From: Euryarchaeota archaeon UBA433
Lineage (GTDB): Archaea > Thermoplasmatota > Poseidoniia > Poseidoniales > Poseidoniaceae
NCBI GenBank assembly: GCA_002495535.1
Contig: DAFX01000038.1
Span: 2,439 to 61,713, forward strand
Direction of reading: 5' to 3'
Length of the DNA stretch: 59,275 nucleotides
Part shown: positions 9,170 through 17,979 of the stretch, one piece after another
Layout of the letters: each line of letters begins with the position of its first letter
How positions within the stretch are numbered: the first letter of the stretch is position 1
Notes under the pieces: model-generated
Database searches by the model: none
What the model was told of the DNA's origin: nothing
The model's input: only the letters and a program-made list of their open reading frames with translations
Position numbers and translations under genes: made by a program

Positions 9170-9856
9170 TCAAAGCGCAATGAACATGACATCTTCTTTG
9201 CACTGTGGTGCTTCGATGTAAGCCTCGACGTGATGACGTTCCAATTGAGAGAAAAAGGATGCAAGGAGGTTCTGAATGTGCTCAATCTCCCACGAGCGAC
9301 ACACGTACCAACGGCGCCCGATCTCGGCGAGAATAGCCACGGCATTTTGATGCTGACCGGCTTGATAGCAATCCATTGCAAACTCGATTTCTTGGTAATC
9401 TTGACCCTTTAACTGGGTGCCGATGGAATCCTCAAAAATTTCAGATTGCTTTAGTGAGTACACCGCTTTATCTGACAGGGTGCTCGGTGTGTGTTTGAGA
9501 GGCCATCCCATGTTGCCTAAGAGCACCAAACTCACCATCGAATCAGTTGAGGGTGTCATCACTTCTGACTTCGATCGCATCACGCATGCCTCTTCTTGTG
9601 CGATCAAGATGTCGAGATGAGGGTCGCCCCCCAAAATTCGTTTTTGCATCGAGGCGAAAATATCCACTTGAATTCCAGGTGCGCCATCGCACGAAACGAG
9701 GTACGGTTTCTTGCCTCTTTGATCAATCATCCAAACGTTTGACTGTTTCACCAATTCAATCAGCAATTCGAGTCCTCGTAATTCTGCGGCAATTTGTTTC
9801 TTACAGGCGCCCTTGATTAATTTGAGGCTGCCGAGCGGAGTCGCTATACGTTTCAC
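9170..9856 (-). CDS. Hypothetical protein
   Basis: 228-aa ORF on the same strand as thyA-folA, 25 nt upstream of thyA. I recognise no family for it. Confidence 0.5.
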   Translation of the reverse strand: MKRIATPLGSLKLIKGACKKQIAAELRGLELLIELVKQSNVWMIDQRGKKPYLVSCDGAPGIQVDIFASMQKRILGGDPHLDILIAQEEACVMRSKSEVMTPSTDSMVSLVLLGNMGWPLKHTPSTLSDKAVYSLKQSEIFEDSIGTQLKGQDYQEIEFAMDCYQAGQHQNAVAILAEIGRRWYVCRSWEIEHIQNLLASFFSQLERHHVEAYIEAPQCKEDVMFIAL

Positions 9857-9892
9857 ACACGTTGAACTTTCAACAATAGATAAACTTTGGAT

Positions 9893-10678
9893 TTATGGTG
9901 CACCCAGTGCGGTCAAAGTCTCCATCAACTGGTCGGTGAATTTTCGATACATAGCGGACAACTTCTGGCGGATTTCATGATCCTCCAAAGCTGCAATTTC
10001 CTCGATGAGGGCAGGCGTCATCGATCCACCGTGTTCATGCCCGAGCCACTCAGCCCACGTGACGCCTTTTCCAGTGTTCATGGTCACTCTTCGCCACGGG
10101 CGAGGCAATTTGTGCCGCTGAGGTTCCATCATGTTTCGAGTGCCAAGCAGGGCAATCGGGACGACGACAGCATGCGGGTATGATGCGGCTAAGCGGGCGA
10201 CACCCGTTTTTCCTGGCAGCAAGAACGGTGCCTCAGTTCGTTTGGAGCGCGTGCCTTCGGGGAAAATCCCCAACGCGGCTCCGGCATCAAGAACGTCTGC
10301 CGCCTTTGCAAGCGCTTCATTCCCCCCTTCAGAACGTTTGGTTTCAATTTGTCCAGTAGCGGACATCAGCGTTCGGACTCCGGCGCTTTTGAAATGGGCA
10401 TCCTTTGCCAAGTACCGAACCGGGCGTCGCGCACTGGCGATGACCATGATGGGGTCGACGTGGGAGAGGTGGTTGGCTGCGAGGATCACCGCACCTTTTC
10501 GGGGAATGTGATGCATTCCGTTGAGTTTGGTGTTGATGATTGGGCGCAGCAACGGCGATACTATCCATCGAATGATGCTGTAATTTGGGGTTGATGGCAA
10601 CGGCACGCCACTGGTTGGAATGCGCCAATGCTCGTCGAGTTTGGACCATGCTGAGAGCAATTCCTCGTCATGTTCCAT
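9893..10678 (-). CDS. plsC: 1-acyl-sn-glycerol-3-phosphate acyltransferase family (PlsC-like)
   Basis: Acyltransferase motif I AANHLSHVDP and motif III FPEGTRS, plus GVARLA. Confidence 0.8.
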   Translation of the reverse strand: MEHDEELLSAWSKLDEHWRIPTSGVPLPSTPNYSIIRWIVSPLLRPIINTKLNGMHHIPRKGAVILAANHLSHVDPIMVIASARRPVRYLAKDAHFKSAGVRTLMSATGQIETKRSEGGNEALAKAADVLDAGAALGIFPEGTRSKRTEAPFLLPGKTGVARLAASYPHAVVVPIALLGTRNMMEPQRHKLPRPWRRVTMNTGKGVTWAEWLGHEHGGSMTPALIEEIAALEDHEIRQKLSAMYRKFTDQLMETLTALGAP

Positions 10679-10806
10679 GAGCCTACGGCAATCTGTTTAG
10701 ATTTATCACTTGCCGAAAAAACACCCTCCACGCGTGGATTCTAGCATGCTTGAACCCGAGCGAATGAAGTGCGAACAATCAAAGCATTCGGCGAAGAGCC
10801 CGCTCC

Positions 10807-12078
10807 ATGAGCGATGGCACCGGGCGCCTCCACCATCGCACACTCACACTGACCGTTCTTGCCTGCCTTTTGAGCGTCGCATGGAGTCCTGCGGCTCTAG
10901 CAGAGTCTGCATGGGAGGAAGACGGATGGTTGACGACCACCCTTGCGCAGGATCGCCTTGATTCAGGTGATGAATTTGGCTGCTATGGCATACCCGGCCT
11001 TTCGTGGCAAAATGATCCCGGTGCGGTGGCTCTTGAATGCCGCAGTTACATCGAAGAGCGCGTTCATGCAAGCAAATGGGGAACAAATCCAATCTCAACT
11101 TACACTCCAAACGGCCTCACTATGGCTCAACACACCACCGTTGCCGGCCAGGGCTTTGTGGTCCATGGCGACAATACGGGTCTGAGCGTTTCCGCTTGGC
11201 ATGACGCCAATGGAACCCCGACTGACAAGTGGGACTGGTACAACCTCGGACGCAGAGGGGGATCACTCGAACAACTGATCGGGTCGGTAGAGGAAGTACA
11301 AGCCGCCGTCGAAGAAGGCGGTTTAGTCAACTTGTATTGGGTCGGGCGTGTCAACGACGCAACCATACGCCATGACCGAGACATCAGCGCCTACCTTGCT
11401 GAGGCGCCTAACGTGTGGTTGACCACTTGGGGGCAGGCTTGGTCCTACTGGACTGTGAACGATTGCTATGAATTTGTGCACACTGTAGAATCCGAGGGCG
11501 ACCAATCTGTGTTGACCTTTGAATCCTTAATCACGCCAGAATGCACCGGTATGAATCCAGAGGCTTGGAATGTCCCTGTGACATGGGTCATCGATCTCAA
11601 GGGTGCTGCCCTCGAAGAGGTCAGTGATTCGAACGGAGCATTGGACAACATTTCTGGAGTGAGGAAAAGTCAGGAAGGTTATGCGTACACTGAGGGCGAA
11701 TACCTTCACCTCTCCGTCCTGAACGGGCACAGCGTGGAAATCACCTTCTCAGGTTCTGGCGATCACGACGTCGTTGGTCGCACAGCGTTCTTCAACAACC
11801 ATTCTGCTGCAGTCACGATTGCTGCGCATGAAACACATGACTTGTTCAAATGGTCAAAGCGTTTTGTTGATGATGAGCACCTCGTGTTTACCTGGTTGGT
11901 TGAACCAAGGGAAGGCCTTGGTGACTCCGGTTGGCTCACCTACGTCGCTGCAGGTGTCGCTATTTCGACCATCATCGGTATGCTCGTGATCCTCAAAAAG
12001 GAAGGTCTAGGCCCACTCGCTCGCCTCCCCTCTCGCCCGTCAACAACGGGTGCGAAAAGCCATGATGAGTCCGAATAA
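10807..12078 (+). CDS. Secreted, C-terminally membrane-anchored protein of unknown function
   Basis: Signal peptide LTLTVLACLLSVAWSPAALAES. C-terminal TM helix WLTYVAAGVAISTIIGMLVIL followed by KKEG... and a 30-aa tail. Confidence 0.6.
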   Translation: MSDGTGRLHHRTLTLTVLACLLSVAWSPAALAESAWEEDGWLTTTLAQDRLDSGDEFGCYGIPGLSWQNDPGAVALECRSYIEERVHASKWGTNPISTYTPNGLTMAQHTTVAGQGFVVHGDNTGLSVSAWHDANGTPTDKWDWYNLGRRGGSLEQLIGSVEEVQAAVEEGGLVNLYWVGRVNDATIRHDRDISAYLAEAPNVWLTTWGQAWSYWTVNDCYEFVHTVESEGDQSVLTFESLITPECTGMNPEAWNVPVTWVIDLKGAALEEVSDSNGALDNISGVRKSQEGYAYTEGEYLHLSVLNGHSVEITFSGSGDHDVVGRTAFFNNHSAAVTIAAHETHDLFKWSKRFVDDEHLVFTWLVEPREGLGDSGWLTYVAAGVAISTIIGMLVILKKEGLGPLARLPSRPSTTGAKSHDESE

Positions 12079-12133
12079 AGGGCGAAGGCTTGATGCAAGG
12101 AAGTGAAGACCGGCCGATAACTGAGGTGAGTCT

Positions 12134-13519
12134 ATGGCCGGTGAAGATGTGGTAATTGACCCGTGGGGCAGCGCACAATCCACGGATTATGATCGCATCA
12201 TTGAACAGTTTGGACTTTCGTCAATGGACAACATCACGATGGACCACCCGTCGCGCCTTCATCGTCGAGGCATCGTTTTCGCCCACCGTGACCTCGATCA
12301 GGTGTTGGATGCCAAGCGCCGCGGCGATCGTTTTGGCGTTCTGACCGGGCTCATGCCAAGCGGCCAGATGCATATGGGCCATTCAATGGTGATCGACCAA
12401 GTCAAATGGTTCCAACAACAAGGTGGCGACGTTACCATTGCAGTTGCGGATTTAGAAAGTCAAGCCACCCGCGGGGTTTCCTTGGCAAAGGGAAGAAAAA
12501 TTGCTCTCGAGGAATACATTGCCAATTATGCAGCATTGGGTTTGGATGTCGAGAAAACCAACGTCTACTTCCAGTCCTCACGACCGATTGTTCAACGCCT
12601 TGGATTCCAGCTTGGAAAGCGAACCAACCTCAATGAATTTGAGGCCATTTACGGATTTGGTGGCGATACCAATTTAGCCCATGTTCAAGCACCGATGGTC
12701 CAAGTAGGCGACATCTTACATCCACAGACCGACGAGTACGGCGGCCTTCGTCCTATCGTCGTCCCGGTCGGTGTCGACCAGGACCCCCACCTGCGGCTCA
12801 CACGAGGTCTTGCATCGAAGACAAACTGGTTCAACGTCAATGACGGTAAGAACGCAGGGGTGACAATCACCCTTTCAGTCCATGATGAAAACGCATCAGT
12901 CTTGGGTCAAATGCCAAACGGGCGAATGGACAAACAAAAGCTCAATGAGATCTTTGCAGGCATCGTGAAGTGCCTCACAGAACTTGGTTACTCGGATCTT
13001 CAGTCCAATCCGAAGCAAGGGACTGTCAATGTCCCAAGCGCAACCAAACGAGACAAAACTATGATTCGCATGAAATTGCTGCACTACGAACGGCAATTAG
13101 GAGGGCTTGGGCTGCTCGCTCCATCTTCCACCTACCACCACTTTGCTGTGGGCATGACTGGCGAAAAAATGAGCAGCAGTAAACCGAAGACGACCCTCTT
13201 CCTCAAGGATGATTTAGCCACCGTGGAAAAGAAGATCAAACGGGCGTTCTCTGGCGGCCAGTCCACAATCGAAGAGCACCGCCGCCTCGGTGGAGATCCG
13301 GACATTGACGTAGCCTACCAGTACATGATGTACTTCTTCGAGGAAGATGACGCCTACCTAGGCGAATTGAACTCGGATTACCGAGCGGGCAAAATCTTAG
13401 CCGGTGAAATGAAGCAACTCTGCATCGACCGTGCCACAGATTGGATGGGTCAAATGCAAGAAATGCGAGACCAAACCGCACACTTGGTTGAAGAGTTCCT
13501 TGCGGAAGACGCCCGCTGA
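12134..13519 (+). CDS. trpS: Tryptophanyl-tRNA synthetase, archaeal/eukaryotic type, with an internal insertion
   Basis: DPWGS N-terminus, HIGH-type PSGQMHMGH, VGVDQDPHLRLTR, KMSSS loop, GGDPDIDVAYQY. An extra segment of about 95 aa precedes the KMSSS loop. Confidence 0.8.
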   Translation: MAGEDVVIDPWGSAQSTDYDRIIEQFGLSSMDNITMDHPSRLHRRGIVFAHRDLDQVLDAKRRGDRFGVLTGLMPSGQMHMGHSMVIDQVKWFQQQGGDVTIAVADLESQATRGVSLAKGRKIALEEYIANYAALGLDVEKTNVYFQSSRPIVQRLGFQLGKRTNLNEFEAIYGFGGDTNLAHVQAPMVQVGDILHPQTDEYGGLRPIVVPVGVDQDPHLRLTRGLASKTNWFNVNDGKNAGVTITLSVHDENASVLGQMPNGRMDKQKLNEIFAGIVKCLTELGYSDLQSNPKQGTVNVPSATKRDKTMIRMKLLHYERQLGGLGLLAPSSTYHHFAVGMTGEKMSSSKPKTTLFLKDDLATVEKKIKRAFSGGQSTIEEHRRLGGDPDIDVAYQYMMYFFEEDDAYLGELNSDYRAGKILAGEMKQLCIDRATDWMGQMQEMRDQTAHLVEEFLAEDAR

Positions 13520-14170
13520 TCAATCTTCATCATCGGAAGAAAATACGGCAGGGTCCGGTCCGACCGGGAGCGCTTTGAGTTCCTCTTCGGTCAATTCTCG
13601 GTGTAATGCTTCATCGTGCAAGATCATCGAATGCCCGTGGGGATCAAGAAGTTCCAATGTAAGGGGGAGTGCCCCGCTGGAGCCAGCGTTGACTATGCTG
13701 TCGATCATTGCCTCCAGTGTGGTCACCGATTCGACCGCTTCAGCCAAAGCTTGTTCATCTCGCTGCGGGGCTTCAGTGAGGCTAAGCATTTCAGAACGAA
13801 TGTCCCTCAGGACCATTTCAACGATTTCTTTGAACCGGTTGAGCACCCCTTCGATGTTGCTGACGTAGCCGGTAGCATTGCTCCCAGGGGCAACCTCCAA
13901 ATCCAATTCATGAATTTTGACGGTGCATGATGAGGACCGAATAACTCGTGCTGAAAGGAGTTCAGAAGAATGAACGACAAGGCTCCAACTTCCGGGTTTC
14001 TTCCCTTCTGCTGGAATAAAATCAGTTTGCCGCCAACCGCATGAATGACACATCACCGTCACTTGGGTGTGCTCACCAAAGTAGGGGATCTCCTCGACGT
14101 GGGCGATCATGAACACCTTGCCAGAAACGCTGCATATCGGGCATGGAATGTCAACCGGCTGTTCTTCCAT
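13520..14170 (-). CDS. ZPR1-type zinc-finger protein
   Basis: CPICS...(x)...CHSCGWR zinc ribbon followed by a ZPR1 beta-rich module (IPYFGEHTQVTVMC..., VIRSSSCTVKIHELDLEVAPG). Confidence 0.8.
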   Translation of the reverse strand: MEEQPVDIPCPICSVSGKVFMIAHVEEIPYFGEHTQVTVMCHSCGWRQTDFIPAEGKKPGSWSLVVHSSELLSARVIRSSSCTVKIHELDLEVAPGSNATGYVSNIEGVLNRFKEIVEMVLRDIRSEMLSLTEAPQRDEQALAEAVESVTTLEAMIDSIVNAGSSGALPLTLELLDPHGHSMILHDEALHRELTEEELKALPVGPDPAVFSSDDED

Positions 14171-14820
14171 CAGGACCCACCCTCTGTGAAATCACCAGCC
14201 TCGACCGCAAAGGCCTCCATTTCTGTACCGTTGACGCCACGGCAACCGGCTGGGAGCAACATCAAGCGAGTGGAGGTCATTTGGAGGATTTCGCCACCGA
14301 GATCTTCGACAATGAAGGCGTTTAACTGATCTAAAGCAGCGGTGAACTCCACTGAACGCTTCATCAAACGCTTCATTTCGACGATGACTGCATGGCCATC
14401 GGCCACCCAGTCGAGCAAGGTTCCACATCCTGTCAGGTCGTCCAACACCGCACGATGCAGCACCAAACCACCTTCAGCATTCGCAATCGGCGGATGAGGG
14501 TATTTTTTGCCCAAGTCGGTGTACATTGGCTTGGTCGAAGCGGGTTGAACATTCGTTCTTGGCTTCAGGCTCGGCATTTCGAACGATCGAAGGGGTTGAG
14601 CTTCAGGTGCTGTAGGTGTGGAATTTGCTTCATCGGCTTGACGGAGCAGTTCATCGGCTTGGGCCAGGACATCCAAATCTGGCATCGATGGTACCACCGG
14701 CTCAGTTTTGGCTTTTTTTGGCGCCACCGGGGCTGGGGCGGGTGGGCTTTGACCCGAGGTGAATGCGTCGAGTGAGGATTGAGCCTCATCTCGCACTTTC
14801 CCCTTTTTCCGTCGGCGCAT
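14170..14820 (-). CDS. sepF: Cell-division protein SepF homologue (DUF552 core) with long Pro/Ala-rich N-terminal region
   Basis: The C-terminal LVLHRAVLDDLTGCGTLLDWVADGHAVIVEMKRL...FIVEDLGGEILQMTSTRLMLLPAG aligns by eye with bacterial SepF (VVLVEP...AVVVNL...GGDIQRI...FLCTP). Its stop overlaps the ZPR1 start by 1 nt. Confidence 0.7.
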   Translation of the reverse strand: MRRRKKGKVRDEAQSSLDAFTSGQSPPAPAPVAPKKAKTEPVVPSMPDLDVLAQADELLRQADEANSTPTAPEAQPLRSFEMPSLKPRTNVQPASTKPMYTDLGKKYPHPPIANAEGGLVLHRAVLDDLTGCGTLLDWVADGHAVIVEMKRLMKRSVEFTAALDQLNAFIVEDLGGEILQMTSTRLMLLPAGCRGVNGTEMEAFAVEAGDFTEGGS

Positions 14821-14992
14821 GATTCGGGGTCAAGACGGCCACCTCAAGAACACTCCCATGCTTTCTCTCCCCGAAAGGGCTTTTGGAAACAAAAAAGTGC
14901 CATCGGAATGCTTCGGCGGGTTGATAAGGGCCCGCAATTAACACAAGTCTGCGCCTCAACCTTCAAGAGGTGTCGGCGTGGAGAAGGGATTG

Positions 14993-15619
14993 ATGATGAT
15001 GGAGAACCAACCGACCGTAATGAAAACTGGAACCAGCACAATCGGCATCACCTTCAACGGTGGAGTTGTCGTTGGAGCAGACCACCGAGCCACAATGGGC
15101 CATTTCATCGCCAATAAAAGCGTGCAAAAGCTGTTCAAGATTGGTGACAACCTCGCTTTGACCACCGCCGGTCTCGTCGGTCACGCACAATCGCTTTCAC
15201 GCACCCTTGCAGCAGAAGTAGCTCTGTTCCAACTCCGCCGTCAACAACCAATGACCGTGAAAGGAGCAGCCACCCTCACCGCAAACATCCTGTCGGGACG
15301 CCCTCACTGGGTCCAACTCCTTATCGTCGGTGTCGACGATGAAGGCGGCCACGTCTACTCGATTGATTCCGCTGGCGGTTCGATCCCAGATTCGTACTGC
15401 GCCACAGGTTCAGGCTCTCCGTACATGTATGGTGTGCTTGAAGATGGCTTCAGCGAAGGCATGTCCCGAACCGATGCATTGAAACTCGCCGCCCGCGCCC
15501 TTCACGCATCGGGGCAGCGTGATGCAGCCTCCGGCAACGGCATGGATTTGGCTGTCATCACGGCCAAAGACGGCTATGTTGCCATCGAACAAAGCGAGAT
15601 TGACAAACTTCTCGCTTGA
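14993..15619 (+). CDS. psmB: Proteasome subunit beta
   Basis: A propeptide is followed by TGTSTIGITFNGGVVVGADHRATMG. GTG 14978 and ATG 14993/14996/14999 are all possible starts. Confidence 0.9.
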   Translation: MMMENQPTVMKTGTSTIGITFNGGVVVGADHRATMGHFIANKSVQKLFKIGDNLALTTAGLVGHAQSLSRTLAAEVALFQLRRQQPMTVKGAATLTANILSGRPHWVQLLIVGVDDEGGHVYSIDSAGGSIPDSYCATGSGSPYMYGVLEDGFSEGMSRTDALKLAARALHASGQRDAASGNGMDLAVITAKDGYVAIEQSEIDKLLA

Positions 15620-15713
15620 AGTTCAAATCATCTTCCTGCAGCTCAACGCTGCATTCCTCTCAGGAGGTTGAGTGCACATTATTTTGTGCGAGCGCGGGAA
15701 GCCGGTGAACCAT

Positions 15714-17618
15714 ATGCGCCTGACATTTAAAGAACTGAAAGACCAAATTGCCAAAGTTGTACCAAAGGATATCCCTTACACGGTTGAACTCGAAGCAGGA
15801 AACATTGCAATTGTGACCCCAGTGCCAGCCAAGTTTGGCGGCGGCGAGGGTCTGATTGGTAAAATCGCCAAGCGCGTGAAGCGGAAGATTGTCCTTCGAC
15901 CCGATGAATCAATTATGAAGAGCGAAGAAGAAGCAAAAAAGTTGATTCACGAAATTGTCCCCGAGGAGGCAGAAATCTCCAACCTTTACTTTGATTCCTG
16001 CTACCGAGAAATCATCATCCAATGCATGAACCCTGGTGAAGCAGTCGGGCGACGTGGTGCAAATTTGAATGCGATCCGTGACCAAACTGGATGGCTTGTC
16101 AAGGTTGAGCGCACTTCTCCCATCATCTCCAAAACAGTTCATGATATCAGGGGCTACAGGCAAGTGAACGCCAAAGAACGCCGAAAGTTGCTCAAGGATT
16201 TCGGACTGAATATTCACCGCCCACAACGACCAGGTTCTGCTTGGGCTCGTGTGACCGCGCTTGGGTCTTACCGAGAAGTTGGCCGTGCTTGTCATTTTGT
16301 TACCACCAATGAATCTCGTGTCATGATTGATGTTGGTGTGAACATCGCATCCGACACCGATCCAATGCCTTACTTCACCGCACCAGAAGCTCTTCCACTC
16401 GAGAAGTTGGATGCAGTCGTTTTGACTCACTCCCACTTGGACCACGCCGGTATGTTGCCGGTTCTGTTCAAGTATGGATACCGAGGGCCCGTGTACTGCA
16501 CCCCTCCAACCCGTGACTTGATGCTGCTTCTGCAAACTGACTACCTCAAAGTTGGCGGTTCTGAAGGCAAGCGAGCGCCCTACGATATGGAAGACATTCG
16601 CACCTGCATGAAGCACGTTGTTGATGTGGACTGGGGCGAAACCACTGACATTGCCCCCGACATCAAGTTGACCTTCTCGAATGCAGGTCACATCCTTGGT
16701 TCCTCAGCGGTCCACCTTCACATTGGCGAAGGAAAGCACAACATCGTCTTCAGTGGCGACCAAAAATACGAGAAGTCGTGGCTGTTTGATGCCGCTAACA
16801 CCCGCTTCCCTCGCGTCGAGACCTTGGTCATCGAATCGACCTATGGCGCATCTGGTGACTACCAACCTTCTCGCCAAGAGGCAAATCAAGAATTGCAGGA
16901 CATCGTTTCGAGAACCATCTCCCGTGGTGGAAAGTTGATCTGTCCAGTGTTTGCCGTTGGTCGAAGTCAAGAAGTGATGATTGCGATCGACGAATTGTTC
17001 CGATCTGGTCAAGTCAAACCGGTTCCGGTGTGGCTGGATGGAATGATCCAAGAGGCGACAGCAATACACGCCTCACACCCAGACTACCTCACCAGCAGTT
17101 TGCGTAAATCCCTGCTCAAGGACGATGGCGAAAACCCATTCACCAGTGAATGGTTCAGGCCTGTGAAGGGTCGAGAACTCCGTGAAAGCATCATTATGGA
17201 CAACTCACCATGCATCGTTTTGGCCACATCTGGTATGCTCAACGGTGGCCCAGTCATGGAATACTTTAGACACTGGGCGCATGAAGACCGCAACTCGCTC
17301 TGCTTCGTCGGCTACCAAGCAGAAGGAACACTCGGCCGCCGCCTTCAGAAAGGATTTGGAGAAGTACCAATGGTCATCGATGGTAAAACTGAGATTGTCA
17401 AGATTGGTTGTGAAATGGTCACCATCGATGGTTTCTCTGGCCACTCAGACCGACGCCAACTGTTGGATTTCGTCGATCAGTTGTCACCCAAACCAAAGAA
17501 CATTATTTGCCATCACGGCGATTACCACAAGTGCAACGAATTGGGTCACACCCTTCGAGAACGTTACAAGTGCAGAACTTATGCACCAAAGAACCTCGAA
17601 ACTGTACGCCTTCTTTGA
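15714..17618 (+). CDS. KH-domain beta-CASP ribonuclease aCPSF1 (transcription termination factor FttA family)
   Basis: N-terminal KH region (GRRGANLNAIRDQTGW), metallo-beta-lactamase motif HSHLDHAG, beta-CASP region and a C-terminal GHSD. The alternative start is GTG 15672, just after AGGAGG. Confidence 0.9.
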   Translation: MRLTFKELKDQIAKVVPKDIPYTVELEAGNIAIVTPVPAKFGGGEGLIGKIAKRVKRKIVLRPDESIMKSEEEAKKLIHEIVPEEAEISNLYFDSCYREIIIQCMNPGEAVGRRGANLNAIRDQTGWLVKVERTSPIISKTVHDIRGYRQVNAKERRKLLKDFGLNIHRPQRPGSAWARVTALGSYREVGRACHFVTTNESRVMIDVGVNIASDTDPMPYFTAPEALPLEKLDAVVLTHSHLDHAGMLPVLFKYGYRGPVYCTPPTRDLMLLLQTDYLKVGGSEGKRAPYDMEDIRTCMKHVVDVDWGETTDIAPDIKLTFSNAGHILGSSAVHLHIGEGKHNIVFSGDQKYEKSWLFDAANTRFPRVETLVIESTYGASGDYQPSRQEANQELQDIVSRTISRGGKLICPVFAVGRSQEVMIAIDELFRSGQVKPVPVWLDGMIQEATAIHASHPDYLTSSLRKSLLKDDGENPFTSEWFRPVKGRELRESIIMDNSPCIVLATSGMLNGGPVMEYFRHWAHEDRNSLCFVGYQAEGTLGRRLQKGFGEVPMVIDGKTEIVKIGCEMVTIDGFSGHSDRRQLLDFVDQLSPKPKNIICHHGDYHKCNELGHTLRERYKCRTYAPKNLETVRLL

Positions 17619-17927
17619 TCAGAAAAGTGGAACGTCAATCCCCGCCTCAAGCGGATCAGGAAGATGCTGTTGTGCTTCGGGTTCACTCTGTTCCATCGAC
17701 TTAGCACTTCGTCCTATAGAATGTTCAGCGCGGATGACAGTCGCACCTTTTTCTGGTGAAGCCTGGGTGCTGTTGAACAGGAACCAGATGAACGAGCCCA
17801 GAATAAGCGAGATTGCGAGGACCATGAACACGATGGTCGATCCGCCGCGCAGCACATTAAGCACAACAGCAGCGCATACGGCCCCAAGTGCGGTGGTCGC
17901 CAACAGCGTCCTCGAATTCACCACCAT
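17619..17927 (-). CDS. Small membrane protein (hypothetical)
   Basis: Trimmed to Met19. Two hydrophobic helices, LLATTALGAVCAAVVLNVL and IVFMVLAISLILGSFIWFLF. Confidence 0.4.
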   Translation of the reverse strand: MVVNSRTLLATTALGAVCAAVVLNVLRGGSTIVFMVLAISLILGSFIWFLFNSTQASPEKGATVIRAEHSIGRSAKSMEQSEPEAQQHLPDPLEAGIDVPLF

Positions 17928-17979
17928 GCCTAGGCTAGGACCAAGGTGTTCATGAACCCGTTGCGTCTGTCTTAGCACC

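Noticed and set aside
15909-16691. 260-aa minus-strand ORF inside the aCPSF1 gene.
   Set aside because: It lies antisense to a gene with clear KH, MBL and beta-CASP motifs. It is a shadow ORF.
17182-17955. 257-aa plus-strand ORF overlapping the aCPSF1 3' end and the small membrane-protein gene.
   Set aside because: It is in an alternative frame of a well-supported gene, and its composition is Ser/Thr/Ala-rich and non-protein-like.
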